From positions 3,224,001 to 3,288,000 of the forward strand of contig NC_081332.1 of NCBI RefSeq assembly GCF_022539665.2: 64,000 nt of DNA, read 5' to 3'. Positions 51,722 to 64,000 of this stretch are shown here, piece after piece. Under the pieces are notes generated by a model. That model saw nothing but the letters and a program-made list of their open reading frames with translations. It ran no database searches and had not been told where the DNA came from. Position 1 is the first letter of the stretch. Every line of letters begins with the position of its first letter. The position numbers and the translations under genes were made by a program. This DNA comes from Daphnia carinata. Taxonomy: Eukaryota.

Positions 51722-54700
51722 TCAATCAGATTCTTGTCCATTGGATGCTAAATCCAACTTCTTGTTCCGTTTCGTCGGAGGTCCTATCATAGAAGGAAAA
51801 AAATTAGTTTCGTAACACAATAGTATGATATAGAGTTTTGCCTTCTGAAAAGTGGGAGGTAGTTCTTCTTCGAACATCTTCAACCGTGTCCTCGCTGGCT
51901 GCCCACTCTAGTACTAGTCGTCTTCCATACAAATGTGTGCTTGCCGACAAACTTTCAAATGCCCTCTAGAAAAGCCCAAATTTTTTTTTTTAATTTGTAT
52001 GACAAATAGCGCCCGAGGTCAACAGTACCTTCGCGTCTTGTTTGGTAATAAAATCAATAAACGCAAATCCGCGATGGGATTCATTTCCGGCCAACTTTTT
52101 CGGTAAGCGAACAGCCTTCAGTTCACCAAACGGCCTTGATAATAGCGAAGAGTAATGTTAGAAATCATAAGTTTCATGAATTAACAATCAAACCATTACT
52201 TGAATAGTTCCTTCACTTCCTTTATGGTGGCTTCAAACGGAATATTTCTGACCAGCAATTTACTGGAAATTGGTTCTTTATTTTTCGATGAAGTTTTTCT
52301 TGCCGTAGCAAGAGTTTCCTCCTTATTCTCCGCTCGACTCGAACGCTGGAGAAATTATGTTAATTGGCACGTCAAGACAACTTCAAATCAACTAGCAACT
52401 TTATACCTTCAATTCAATGGCATGTCCATCCAAGGTGGAGTTTTGCATCTCTTTCAAAGCTGTAACTGTTGATTTTTTGGATAAAAACTGGACAAATCCA
52501 TAGCCCATAGATAAATATTGACCAGGATTTTTCGGATCCTTCTTTCGCGCCACGGTTGCGGAAAAAATTCGGCCACAGGACTCGAAATGCTGCCGCAATG
52601 TGTCATCGGTTGTACTAAAATTAAGGTTTTTGATGAAGAGTGTCGTGTCTTTTTCAGGCTGTTCTTCAACTTTATCCGAAGGAATCGGATTATTTTCTTC
52701 CAAAGCGGCAACGGCTCCCTCGTCTTTGACTGCGGCATTTAGTATTGTTAAGTTTTTCACTCTACTATTTTGCATAAAGTGCTGTTAACGCCGCTTACCT
52801 TTCAGTTTGTTTTCAATAGGTGTAGACACAGCTCGTTGAGCAGCCGTTCGAAAAACGTCCACTGGAGCCCATTCCAGATAAAGAGGCATATGTCGAAACT
52901 TTGAATAGGCCAGCTTCCGGAAAGCTGCTTTTGCTTCGGTTGGTTCCAGATATTCAATAATACCAGTAACGCCGCGTGGAGGTAAGAGAACCCGGCCTAG
53001 TTCACCAAAAGGACTAAAAAGATCTCGAAGCTCTTCGACATTAGCTTGGGCGTCCAAATTTTTTACCAAAATCACAGTTTTCGAGCGCTGCTTTGGTACC
53101 TATAGAACATTCACAGTTAGGAAAATATAACAAAGAAAATACTTGGGAAAATTAATTACATCTTGAAACGCGTTTAATTCGATCCCATTTTCAAGAAGGA
53201 ACTGTTTTGTCTCTGCAACCAGTTGCGTTTCGCCGAGGGCCAAACGTACTGCTACACTCTGTTGCTGCTGCTGACCGTCTCTGCTTTCCAACAAAACCTG
53301 CGATTCACTAAATTTACTGAAATTATGTTTTAAATAATGCCTTTTCAGTTTTCACCTGCTCCTTGGTAGTCGCATACCGCTCAGCCATCAAAGTAGCGAC
53401 CGCATTAGTACCGAGAAACAAGGTGTTCCAGTTGTGAGCTGAAGAAGCTTTATTTTTCTGGTCTTTTAACTTCTGTTTCTTGTAACTAGTACCTTCAGCA
53501 TCTGAGTTTAAGAATGGGTGCAACCGATGTAAATTAAACAGTTATTGTTTTGGAATCAGGGACATGTTACCGTCATCATCTTCTTCACTTGGTTTCGGTT
53601 TTCCTGCGATTAGATGTAACATTCTCCCTTGAAACGCAGTTCCGTCGAGGGCCGTGTGGGCTCTGACGGCGTTTTCTGGTATGACATACGTTACGAAGGC
53701 AAATCCCTATACAAAAAAATAATTATAAAAATTGTTGTTTTCAAACGAGACAAACTGACCTTGATTTTTCGAGAATATTTATCAATTGGAAGGTGCGTCT
53801 CGGCTAAAGGCCCATATCTCGAAAACAGAGCTTCCAAATCCTCTTCTGTCACCGTATAAGCGAGGTTACGAATAAAAATTCTTCCCGACTCGGCCACGGT
53901 CTCTTCCTTCTTCATGTCGTTTTCCTGTCGAATCCATGCTTCATTTTTCTTTTGGATCTGTGGGTGTTCAATAAGTTTTGCCTTTTTTTCAGATTTTACA
54001 ACACTGATCCTGTGGCCGGCTTTAAGGAAAACAAGTGAAATGGGAATCAACGTGACAAAAAGCAGACCGGAAAATTGCAATACCATGGAAACTTCGATGC
54101 TTATTGAGGGCTTTTTTCATGTCTTTTTCGGAAGAAAATCCAACGTATGCAACACCTTTGACTTTAGGAGGTAGCCGTATCGAATCTAATTTGAGAGGAG
54201 CAAAAAACTCTTTGATGTCCTTTTTCTTAACTTGACAAGAAAACCCCCTAACTTTCAGATGCATGTAATCCTTAGGGGTTTTGGCTACTTTCACAGACAG
54301 TTTTGATGGTTTGTCAGTCTCTTCCTCCCCAGGTACAACTTTGGATTTAAGGTACTGTACAAAAAAAAACAAAAAAAACATAATGATTCTCAGCCAAAAC
54401 AACTACCATGAATGTAAACAGACCTCCAAATCACTAAGCTCCTTTTTGTGTGCAATTTTATCTGTCACATCAGCTTCTTCATTTGTATCGCTGCCATTAT
54501 TTGTTGGAATAGGTTTTGTTGCTGAACCATCTATACCATCATTGTCCCAAATCTTGTCTGTTTGGCCGCGAGAATGTATTTCCCGAAATTCCGCAAATTC
54601 AGGATCTTCAGGTAAGCTATTTGTATCCTGCTTTTTTGCTGGTTTCACATTTTTAATAGGCATAGAAGCAGGAAAAACTTCGGTGGCCTTTTTTCCTTTT

Positions 54701-55131
54701 CTTTCTTTAGTACTCTCTCCCAAGTTTACACATCTTTCAACCTGTCACATAAAATCACAGTGGGAAAAAATAGTTTAGGCCTTGTGAGGTTCAACACAGG
54801 CAGGACTCAACAGAAAATACCTGAATTTTACATGATCCCACAAAGGTATTGTTGAAATAGGTTAGAGCTGAGTCTGCTTCAGCGTCATTCTTGAAGCCAA
54901 TAAAGCCAAAATGTCGAAAGTTTCCATCTTTGTCGTACTTAAGTTGAACGTCTGTGACTTGACCTTTCTGACTAAACGTGTCTTTTAGTTTCTGTGCTGA
55001 TACCTGAAATCATCATAACAATTGTGAAAATTATTCATAGCTTTGCATGCAATGATGACAAAACAAGTCTTGGTTAAAAACAATGGATTACTTACTGAAC
55101 TTGGTAAATTTTTAACAATAATTCTCGTCAT
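51722..55131 (-). CDS. RBM19: RNA-binding protein 19 / Mrd1 (multi-RRM ribosome biogenesis factor), multi-exon
   Basis: ATG at 55131 begins [10 protein letters not shown]. Later exons: [90 protein letters not shown]. The stop at 51722-51724 assumes a final GC-AG intron. Confidence 0.95.
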
Positions 55132-56460
55132 TTCAAAGAAACCAAGCACTGCTTACATAGTAATATAATACTCAATAAACTATTAATTTCCTGTTTCTGA
55201 ATCTTTCAGGTTTGCTTCACAACGAGAATACAACGGAATCGGTGCACAGCACGTGGGACCTGTAAATTTCAACAACACAGACTGCCAAAAGTAGCGTAAT
55301 TCATCGTCTGCTCCATCCTGCGTTGCCAGCTGTTTACTTAAAACTCTGCTCTGCGCAAACGCAAGCGCAACCCGCCAGACCAACATGTAGCTAGGTGGGG
55401 ATGGACCCGGCGTCAATTTTGTACAATTTTTGGGCGAGCGGTTGGAATCGTTTCAGGTTTCAGTGCAGTTTTTTCGGATCTGTGGGCCCCTTGCTTCCTG
55501 TCCATGGACATTTGGGGCGGTTTCAGCAAACAAAGCGGTGCCAGGAAAAAAGAAAACCGGTTCCAAATTCCGGTTACACACCTCGATTACACCGGTTTCT
55601 GTCCTGTTCACCCAAACTTTTATCCTGACAACCAAATAAAACTATAAAAGGACAATATTTTATTAGATATATTTCTTTTATTTTCCCAGCGACGAGTTAA
55701 TTCAGAGTTTTTAAAATACACACAGCACTGAACATTTTTATGACAACTTGATCAGAAACAGTCAAATGAGAGCTAACACAACAGATGAAACAAATACAGT
55801 GAATTTTATACAGGTTTTTAGAACAATATACGACAGCATTTATATAATCATATGTATATATATATGTATGTCCACTGTAATACGAGAGAGCAAAAATATT
55901 AAGAAGAAAATCGATCTAACCAAATTGTGCTCGTCACTTTTCAAAATAAAATTTTAAAAAATCAGCCATCAGCTGCACAAGCAGTGCAGAACTTCCACAT
56001 CGCAATTTTTTTTATATAACTCGATTCTGGCATTGTTGTCAGCGGGATAACGCAGCGTTATTAGGTTTGTCACGTATTTAAAAAAAAAAAAAAATGTCCC
56101 CTTTGCTTTCTTAAAGTTGACTTGTGAGTTGGCCGTTAAGCAAAATTTACAAAAAAAACCACGACTACAAAAGACGTGACATTTTCAGTACTAGAACGGA
56201 TTGGTTTTAGATTAATCAGACGTAGGCTAGTATTTTTATAAGGTTAATACTCTGCTGTATAGCCTCCCTACGGTATATAATACGACAAGTGTCATATACG
56301 TGCGGGTCATGAAGAGAAGAGAAAAACGAATGGCAAAAAATTGGAGAAACATTAGATCGGGTTGGGAGGGGGCACTTTTTTTTTTAATAGTTTGGCACGT
56401 ATCACAGTTGTTGGGACAAATTCCATCGCAGATTCCTAGAAGTCCAGGTGGAACGTGCCG

Positions 56461-59400
56461 TTAACGACGAGGCACATCCAGCGAAGCTCCAGCTGCGTTG
56501 CGTTTACGGAATCTCATGGCTGTGGGGTCGTCTGCTAGCATGGGATAACTCCAGAGCGATTGCTGCAATTCCGGCCGGTACGTCGGGAGGTGGCCGTCAC
56601 GAGATAGCTGTTCCATCTCAGTCTGCGTCATGAGGAATGTGTTGATACCTCCACGGCGGGCCAAGATTTGCTCGCGGTGCCACGCTCGTCGAGCGGCCAA
56701 TTTGACAGAGTGCCGCCAGAGCAATTCCGTTTCGGCGCCCAAATCGGTCCCGTAGATGACGACAAAGTTGCCGTGGCCGGTAGCGATCTTGATCTCCTTG
56801 GCACCCGTGTCGGGCGTGTCGTGCATCGTCAGATTGACGTTGGGTCCCAGCCGACGCAGAGCGGCCATATCTTCGGCCACTTTGATTCGGACGTTGTCCC
56901 CGCGTTTGAAAAAGTGGAACGTGTCCTGGCCGTGACCGTGGCCGGGCAACGTCAAATTGAGCCAACGGGAGTTGTTGAAGACGTTGGTGAACACGTCCCG
57001 GATGACCGGATCGGCCAGCGAAGTCGACGAAACGATGGCCCGTCCGTCGGAGCTCCTGGACACGAGAATGCCTCGGCCCAGCGTCGACGGAGCCAGTGCA
57101 AAGCGGATGCTGTTCAACTCCAGTTTGTCTGCGTTGGGAGTGGAACACCTTGACGAGAAATCGGTGAACTCGTGCAGCGCTTTGCGTCTCTGATTCAACT
57201 CCAAGAGCCGACTGGTGGTCAACATTGGTGGTTGTCTGACGATCGATTTGCTCGCAACAAGAGCGTTATTTTCATATTCGTAAGGTGATGGGATCTTGGG
57301 CAACTGGTATCCCATCCGATTGAGCCATTGCGGATAGCGGCTGCTGTGAGACAAGCGGAGGGCGCCAGTCAGACCAAACGCGTCCAAGTTCACGGGATCA
57401 TTGCCGGGTAATCTGTACAAGTGGACCAGCTCGGGCTGGTAAGTCATCTTCGTCGCTCGCTGCCATTCGGGATTGAGCCATTGGCCGATGAGGGGATCGT
57501 AAATGCGGTCACCGCGGACGTGAACGTGTCCCGTGGCCGGATCTGCGATGCCTCCGCACCAATCAATCGGCATGTAAAGGTACGGATTCGAATCGTAGAC
57601 AACGTGTCCGTAAGGAGAACGGACCAACTCACGAACTACTTCGCCCTTTTGGCTGAAAACGACCGACGGAGTGCCACAGCGATCGCCCGTGGCAACGTAG
57701 TAGCGATGACGCAAGATTTGGAAGTGCATCAGATGGTCGAATTCGTCGTAGGTCAACGTCGTCAATCGAAGATCCCGCGGGCTAAAGATGTGACTCACTT
57801 GATATTTACGTTGCGGATTGGCGTAGAAAAACTGCGTCACGTTGCCGTGCTGATCCCGCCTGCCGACAAGACGTCGGTGGTGATCGTAAAAGTACCTCAC
57901 ATCGAACATGCCTTTTTTCTGAGCGCGGACGAGGAGTCCGGATGAAGACCATTGGAATTTCTCTTCCCTGGCATTCTGGATGACATTTCCGGCGTCGTCG
58001 TACTGGTAGGCGCCTTCACCGAATTTGATGAGCCGATCGAAAGCGTTGTGCTGCATGGGGATCGAGTTGCCTCTGTAGGTCAATTTGGCCAGGTTGCCGT
58101 GCTGGTCGTATCCGAATCGCCAGGATTCCGGAGCGTCGACCGAGACCAATTGGCCGTCGGCGTCGTAAGTCAGGTTCTTGATGTTGACGTAAGATTTGAG
58201 ACCGAGATAACGAGTGTAAGTGCGCGTCTGATTGATCTTGCCTGCAGCGTCGTAATTTAATTCCATGCGGAAGACTTCTTCGTTGTGCAAAGTCAACGAG
58301 GAAGCGGACAGCTCCAAATGCGGGTTCAACGTCCGGGTAAAAATAGCCGTTCCGTCGAAATAGGAGGTTTCATTCGGTCGCAGCCGCGATATCTTAAACT
58401 GACCCATCTGTTCCAACGAGCCCGTTTTGGTCTGGTAACTGAGCGGCCAATCGGCCAGGATTTGTCCACCAATTCTTCCTTTAATGCTGGAAGCCCTCAA
58501 CAAGGAATCGTAGCCGTAAACGAATTTGAATCCAGCCAATCCCGTTTTGGCTCCGTAGTCCGTCTTGTCTTCCAGAATCATTCCGGCGCTGTTGGCCGTA
58601 ACGTCCGAACGCAATTCAAACTCCCGTTCAGTGACGGTAGTCGTCGTAACGCCGTCCACTTCAGCTGAAGAGTCGATGCGACGATCGCCACATACCTCCT
58701 CGGCCAATCGCGATCCGCGGTACCGATAGACGATCCGTCCGCTTTCGCCGGGGAACATAACCAATAGCTTCCGGCCTTCCGAATCGTAATGTTCGACGTA
58801 TGCGCTCTGGCTAGATGCGCTCGTACTGCTGCCCGGTGGTAAGTAGACCAACTTGTAGTAACCCATGGAGGGTTGGACAGAGAAGCTATGACGGCCGTTG
58901 CCGGACGGGAGCGTCAGCGATTTAAGGCCTCCAGACTCGTCGTAGGCATAGCTGAACGATCGTCCACTGGCCAATGTAATCTTCGTTGGCTATTTAAAAA
59001 AAAAAAAACGATAAATTTAAAGAGAAACACTTTATTTTACTAACATTCGAAAAGTGCATCTCACCACGTCGTTGGGACCGTAAATGATTGTCCTCGATCC
59101 AGAATTGCCAGAATCCGAGCGAGATCGTGTTTCGGCCAGCAATCCTCGAGTGTCGTAACTGTAGATTTCCTGACGTTGACCCCACATCCAGCTCTGAAGA
59201 CGGCCATTTCTGTTTAAAACATGTTCCAAAAATCATTAAAGCGTTGCAATTTTTAATTCAAAATCCAAACGAAAAGTACTAAACGTACCCATCGTAGTTG
59301 TAGCGAATGCCGTGGAAACCCGGTGGCAATCGAAGTTCCTTCAAATGTCCTTGCGAATCGCAGTGAAGTCCCATCACCAACTGGCGGTCGTTGTCGTACA

Positions 59401-62400
59401 GTTGCCGCCCGCCAGTTTGACTGTCCACCTCGGCGACAAGGAATTTGGCACCGTTGATCCTAATCGATTTGTCTTGCGAACGACTGCCGCTGCTTCCAAC
59501 CCGAACGCTTGTCGTCCATTCGCCGCGCATCGCCGAACCGCCAGACAGTTGCAATCTCTCCGACCATCCTTCGGTGCCGCCTTGCAACACGGGCTGGAAG
59601 CTGAACTGGTTGTCACCGGCCCATTCAACGAGCGACGTGCCATTCTTCATTAAATTGTAAACCATTCTGTTCTCTCCTGATTGAATGGCAGGGCCCGAGA
59701 TGATCAACTCAACTGGATTGTCACGTTCCAAGGAAATACGTATGTTGGACGAAGTGGCAGCCGTGTCAAACGTGTACCGTTCACCGTCCGGAAGGACAGT
59801 TTGAACGAGCCTTCCGTTCTGATCGTAGCGATAAATGGTGGTCAGTCCGTCCGACTCTGTCCGGCCAATCAATAATTTCGATGTGGTATCGTAATCGAAT
59901 AGAGCGAAGCAATTGTTGGACGAGTTGATGTGCGTCAAGGCGCCCGTCAAACGGCTGATGGTCAGGTGGCTCTTGACGGACGCGCTCGTCTCGATGGCCT
60001 GGATCAGCTGATCGCCGCCGGATTCGCGGACAAAGTCGACTTTGTTGCCGCGCGAATCGATGATGGCCATGAGACGGCCGGAAGGGCCGTTGCGCGTGTA
60101 CGAGAACGTCGTCTTGATGTTGCCGCTGACCGGTTCCTTGGTCGTCACGTGCTGGCCGTAACGATTAAAGACCAGAACCTCGCCGGCCGCCGGCCAGTTG
60201 ATGGAATATTCACCGGAAAGCGGATCCGGTTGCGGATTGACGTAATCCAGCGAGAAAATCTGCAGCATTTGCTTGTCGGCGACGTAGACGGCACCGTCGG
60301 GCGAGACGGCCATCGTGCTAATCGAGCTGGGAATCTGGCACGGCTGGCCGTCGCCGGAAACGCATTTCAGCTGTTCGCTGCGACCGCTCGAGTCCGTCTC
60401 GATCAATCGGGTCGAATTGACTCCCGGTTTCTCCACCAGGTAGAGCTGGCCAGCTGGGCCGAAAGCGAATCCGGTGATGTGGCTGGCCGACGTTTGGGGA
60501 GCGGCCGATTGGGCGGCGCAGTGCTGCGGTTGGCCGGCAGCGACTTGGACGAACTGCGAGGCCGTCAATTTGAGGACGACGTTGTTGTCGATCCAGTGCA
60601 GAGTGTTGTCGATGGGATTGAGGGCCACTTGAGTCGGCCACAACGGCTGAATCTGGGCCGGTCTCACGGCCATATTGCACGGAGCCGGTTGGAGTCCGTA
60701 AATGGGGTTGGCCGGACGTCCGACTAGAGTGCGGATGATTCCGCTGCCGTCGACGTAGCGGACCGAAGTGCCGTCGGCAAAGTACAAGATGCGATCGGGT
60801 GAGACGGCGACGCCCTTGGGGAAAACCAGACGGGCTTCCAGGGCCGGGCGACCGTCTCCGCACATTTCGGGATCGGCGGGCAGACAGGGCTCGCCCGATC
60901 CGACGACGACTTCGTAATTGTTGTCCAATCCGGCTTGGGACGACGGAGACGACGGATTGAGAATTTGTTCCTCGTTGACGGCCGCCACCCGCAGGATCTG
61001 CTTCCTTTCGCAGTCGGACAGGTAGAGGGATCCGTCGATGGGCGAGACGGCCAAGTAATAAGAGTAGGAGACCTGACCAGTGGGTAAGTGAAGGACAGTA
61101 AAGACGCGGCCTTCAGGAGTCACTTTGCGAACCAAATTGAAATCGCCGACGTAGAGGGATCCGTCGCCGGCCGAAGCCATGGCCACCGGATTGAGGATCT
61201 TGGCGTAGGCGCTGGGCGAGGCGGCCTGGCATTCGACGCAAGTCAGGGATCGCGGCGATCCGGTGCCAATCATCAAATTCAACTGACGCGGCCCGGATCT
61301 CAAATCCATCTGACCTCCGTCGCCTCTAAAGAGGACGTTCTGTCCGGCGATGAAATGGTGATGGACGTCCACATTGAACTCGCCTAAAGCGGAGATGTTG
61401 GGCGCGAATCCGGCCATGGGTGCGACCAGAGTCTGCCACGAAGTTGGGCATCCGTCGATGGAACTTTGATATCCGACGTGGACATAGGCTTCCGTCCGTC
61501 CGTGGATCTTTTGTCCGTAAACATTGTGCCGGTCCCAGGCGAAGGCGTAAGTCAAATTAGCTTCGGCTTCGAGCGTCACTTGAGTGACGGTCCCTTCGAC
61601 GACGAGCCGAAGGTGGACGTAGCCAAGTTGAGCCGGGATGCCGCTGGCGGGCGTAAGTCTAAGCCTGAGCAGCGAGTGATAGTTGATGGCGTTTTCCGAG
61701 CGATAAACCAATTTATAATCGGCCATTCCCGGTATCGGCACAACTTCCTGCAAAACTTGTTTATCGGCTAGCAAGAGACCCAGTTGTCCGTCGCCGGATT
61801 GGTGCTGGAATTCCGCGTCTTGCGCTTCCAAAACGCTCGGCTGAATCATTTCCATTTCGTCGATACGACAGTGCGGCTTCTCGCTCGTCAGCTTAGAATT
61901 ACGCTCGCCAGAGTTGCTCGACGTGAGACTGTCGCTGCTGTCCCCGAGTCGGAGAACGACTTTGTCCAGCACGACGATACGATTCCAAGCTGCCCAAACG
62001 GTCCTCATTTCAGGCCGGTACGGATTCCGTTGAAACTGCAGCGTTACGGCTCCACCACCGTTCACCAAAATGTCAAACCTGCACATGAATTTCGCCGAAA
62101 ATAAAATACTTAAGCCGTAAATAAACGCTCATTTTGGGGATATTGATCCGCTTACCATCCGCCGTGACGTGTAAGAGTGAAACCCAAACGAGGATGACGA
62201 TCGACGCTGACACGAACACCCACCACGCCTAATCCTTGTTGAGACAAGACTCTTCCGCGTAATACTGCCACTCTCCTGAAAAAAAAAAAAAGAAGTTCAA
62301 AAGAACACGCAAGAAAAGCCATGAAATCGCAATCCTTCGACAAACAACAATCGCTTCCAAGAAATTCCTTACTTATCGACGTATTCGTCCTTGTGGGCGT

Positions 62401-63060
62401 AGCTTTGAACGGCGTTGTCTTCGACGAGAAACTTCACCCGCTGATAGAAACTGCTGGTGCCGCTGTTGGATAGGGTCGGCTTACGGGCGGCGATGTCGGC
62501 CGGATCGGCGGAGGCGAGGCACATCAGATGGTCGGTGCAGGACGGATTGGAACAGCAGTCGCTATCGGCGCAATCCGTCAGTCCGTCGCCGTCGTTGTCC
62601 TTGTCGTCGCCGCATTCCGTTTCCGTCATGATGGAACAATCGGATCCGGTCCAGCCGGGCGCGCATTCGCAGCTGAACTGGTTCGTCTGCAACAAGCTGT
62701 TGATTCCGCTTCCGACTTTGCCGCTCTGCAAGCAAACGCCACGGTTGTTGCCACAATTGCCAGGACACCCGTCTGCAAAGCACCCCCGTGAAAATCCGTT
62801 CATTATCACCGGCTGATTGTCTTAAGTTAATTAAGATTTGACGGTGCGGGGTTGATCTTTACCGAGCGTGCAATGACGTCCGTTCCATCCGCGGGAGCAG
62901 ATGCAAGTTCCGTTGACGCACTGTCCGTGCTGGCTGCATCGGGGATCGCACGACGTCGACACCAGGTGGCAACGGGAGCCGGTCCATCCTGGCGAGCAGA
63001 CGCAGCTACTGTTGACGCAACGGCCGTTCTGTCCGCAATCCGATTGGCAAGTCAAAAGGG
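56461..63060 (-). CDS. Teneurin (probably Ten-a-like), 3' exons; 5' exons not identified and probably beyond the window
   Basis: Exons ~63060-62863, 62772-62373, 62275-62156, 62078-59289, 59209-59065, 58989-56461. Contains EGF repeats 6-8, [36 protein letters not shown] propeller, YD/RHS repeats (YDPLIGQW) and C-terminal YPMLADDP. Confidence 0.95.
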
Positions 63061-64000
63061 CTGCAAGGTCGTCAATGAAAGAAAACGATGAACATTGCAT
63101 TACAAATAAAAATGAAGCCATCAATGGTAGATCAGAAGGTCAAATTAATATGTTCCCCCAACTTCTATTCGGTCGATCATCTATTATATTCCAGAGATAA
63201 TAAGACGAGGGAACTGGGAAATCAATTTCGCTCCACTGCCAACACAACCGCCCTCCCTGCCGCACACGGATGGCTCCTTGCTCATGATTTTTGTTTACCA
63301 AGTGTCACACCCTAGAACACTAGGTCTCCTACGAGGATTGGACAACTGAAAAGGATTACTTTGTGGCAACACGCGCGCGTGCAGATTGACGAGATTTTGC
63401 TGCATGCGTGCCGGATACACACCCTGCGGTATACTGTCGGATGCGATGTTTGCTGAGCGCGGCTAATCCGCTGGAGAGTGGTTCTAAGGGCGAGCATGTT
63501 TACCCAAACGCTCTACTGCAAACGCCACTCTTCCCCCCTTCCCATTTTTTTTTTTTTTTTTTTTCTGCTGATTGTTGACTCAACGCTTTGCTCGCTGTAC
63601 CTGACCGTGATCCTTCCCCATTCGGAGGACCAACAAAAAAAAAAATAGAACTCAATTTCGTGATCGAATCTAATAAAAATGCGGAGACACAAGACCTTGA
63701 TCGTAACGCAAGGCTCTGGACAGCAATGGCAGGAGAGAAAAACCATAAGACGAAAATTGGAGTGCTGTGTTACTATTGTGATATCTAAGTATATCCAATG
63801 AAGAAAAAAAAAAAAAAAAAAAAAAAAAAAAGAAGAGACGAAACAAGCACACGGCTTGATATCGTTCTCTTTTTTTTTCTGTTTGGGTGGTGTTTCGTCA
63901 TGGTAGCGAGATCTTCCTTTATCTTTTCCCTTTTAGGGTTTTTTTTTTTTTTTTTTTCGTTCGTTCCTTTGTTTGAGTTAGTCCATCCATCTAAAGCGAA

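Noticed and set aside
56461..62078. YD/RHS repeats suggesting a bacterial toxin or contamination
   Set aside because: This is normal teneurin architecture, with spliceosomal introns and EGF exons.
56618..62816. Long antisense and alternate-frame ORFs over teneurin
   Set aside because: Expected shadows of GC-rich coding sequence.
62373..63060. Teneurin with only three EGF repeats
   Set aside because: They correspond to EGF6-8, and the earlier repeats are probably in upstream exons not seen here.

Overview
Eukaryotic, intron-dense animal DNA, most likely a Daphnia-like crustacean (inferred from short AT-rich introns and gene content). Host genes: a 5'-truncated SLC4A11-like pseudogene (9.3-12.2 kb, +), an intact RBM19/MRD1 gene (51.7-55.1 kb, -) and the 3' part of a teneurin (56.5-63.1 kb, -). 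Between them is a ~39 kb foldback structure (12491-51465) made of three copies of a ~13 kb AT-rich unit: two direct and one inverted, with a 100-N scaffold gap inside the inverted copy. The unit is a patchwork of PHD and HP1 relics, short RBM19 and sideroflexin fragments, a 13-unit micro-exon array and a cluster of tRNA-like genes. In the single-copy spacer lie a THAP fragment and the most unusual feature, an intronless ~2.85 kb ORF. It encodes a compacted OSCA/TMEM63 channel with an extra N-terminal TM plus ectodomain and a C-terminal TM plus C-type lectin-like domain; the lectin's end appears to lie in an adjacent reading frame. The near-perfect identity of the arms that abut the gap may be partly an assembly artefact. 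Bases 1-8300 could not be annotated. All identities are manual estimates.
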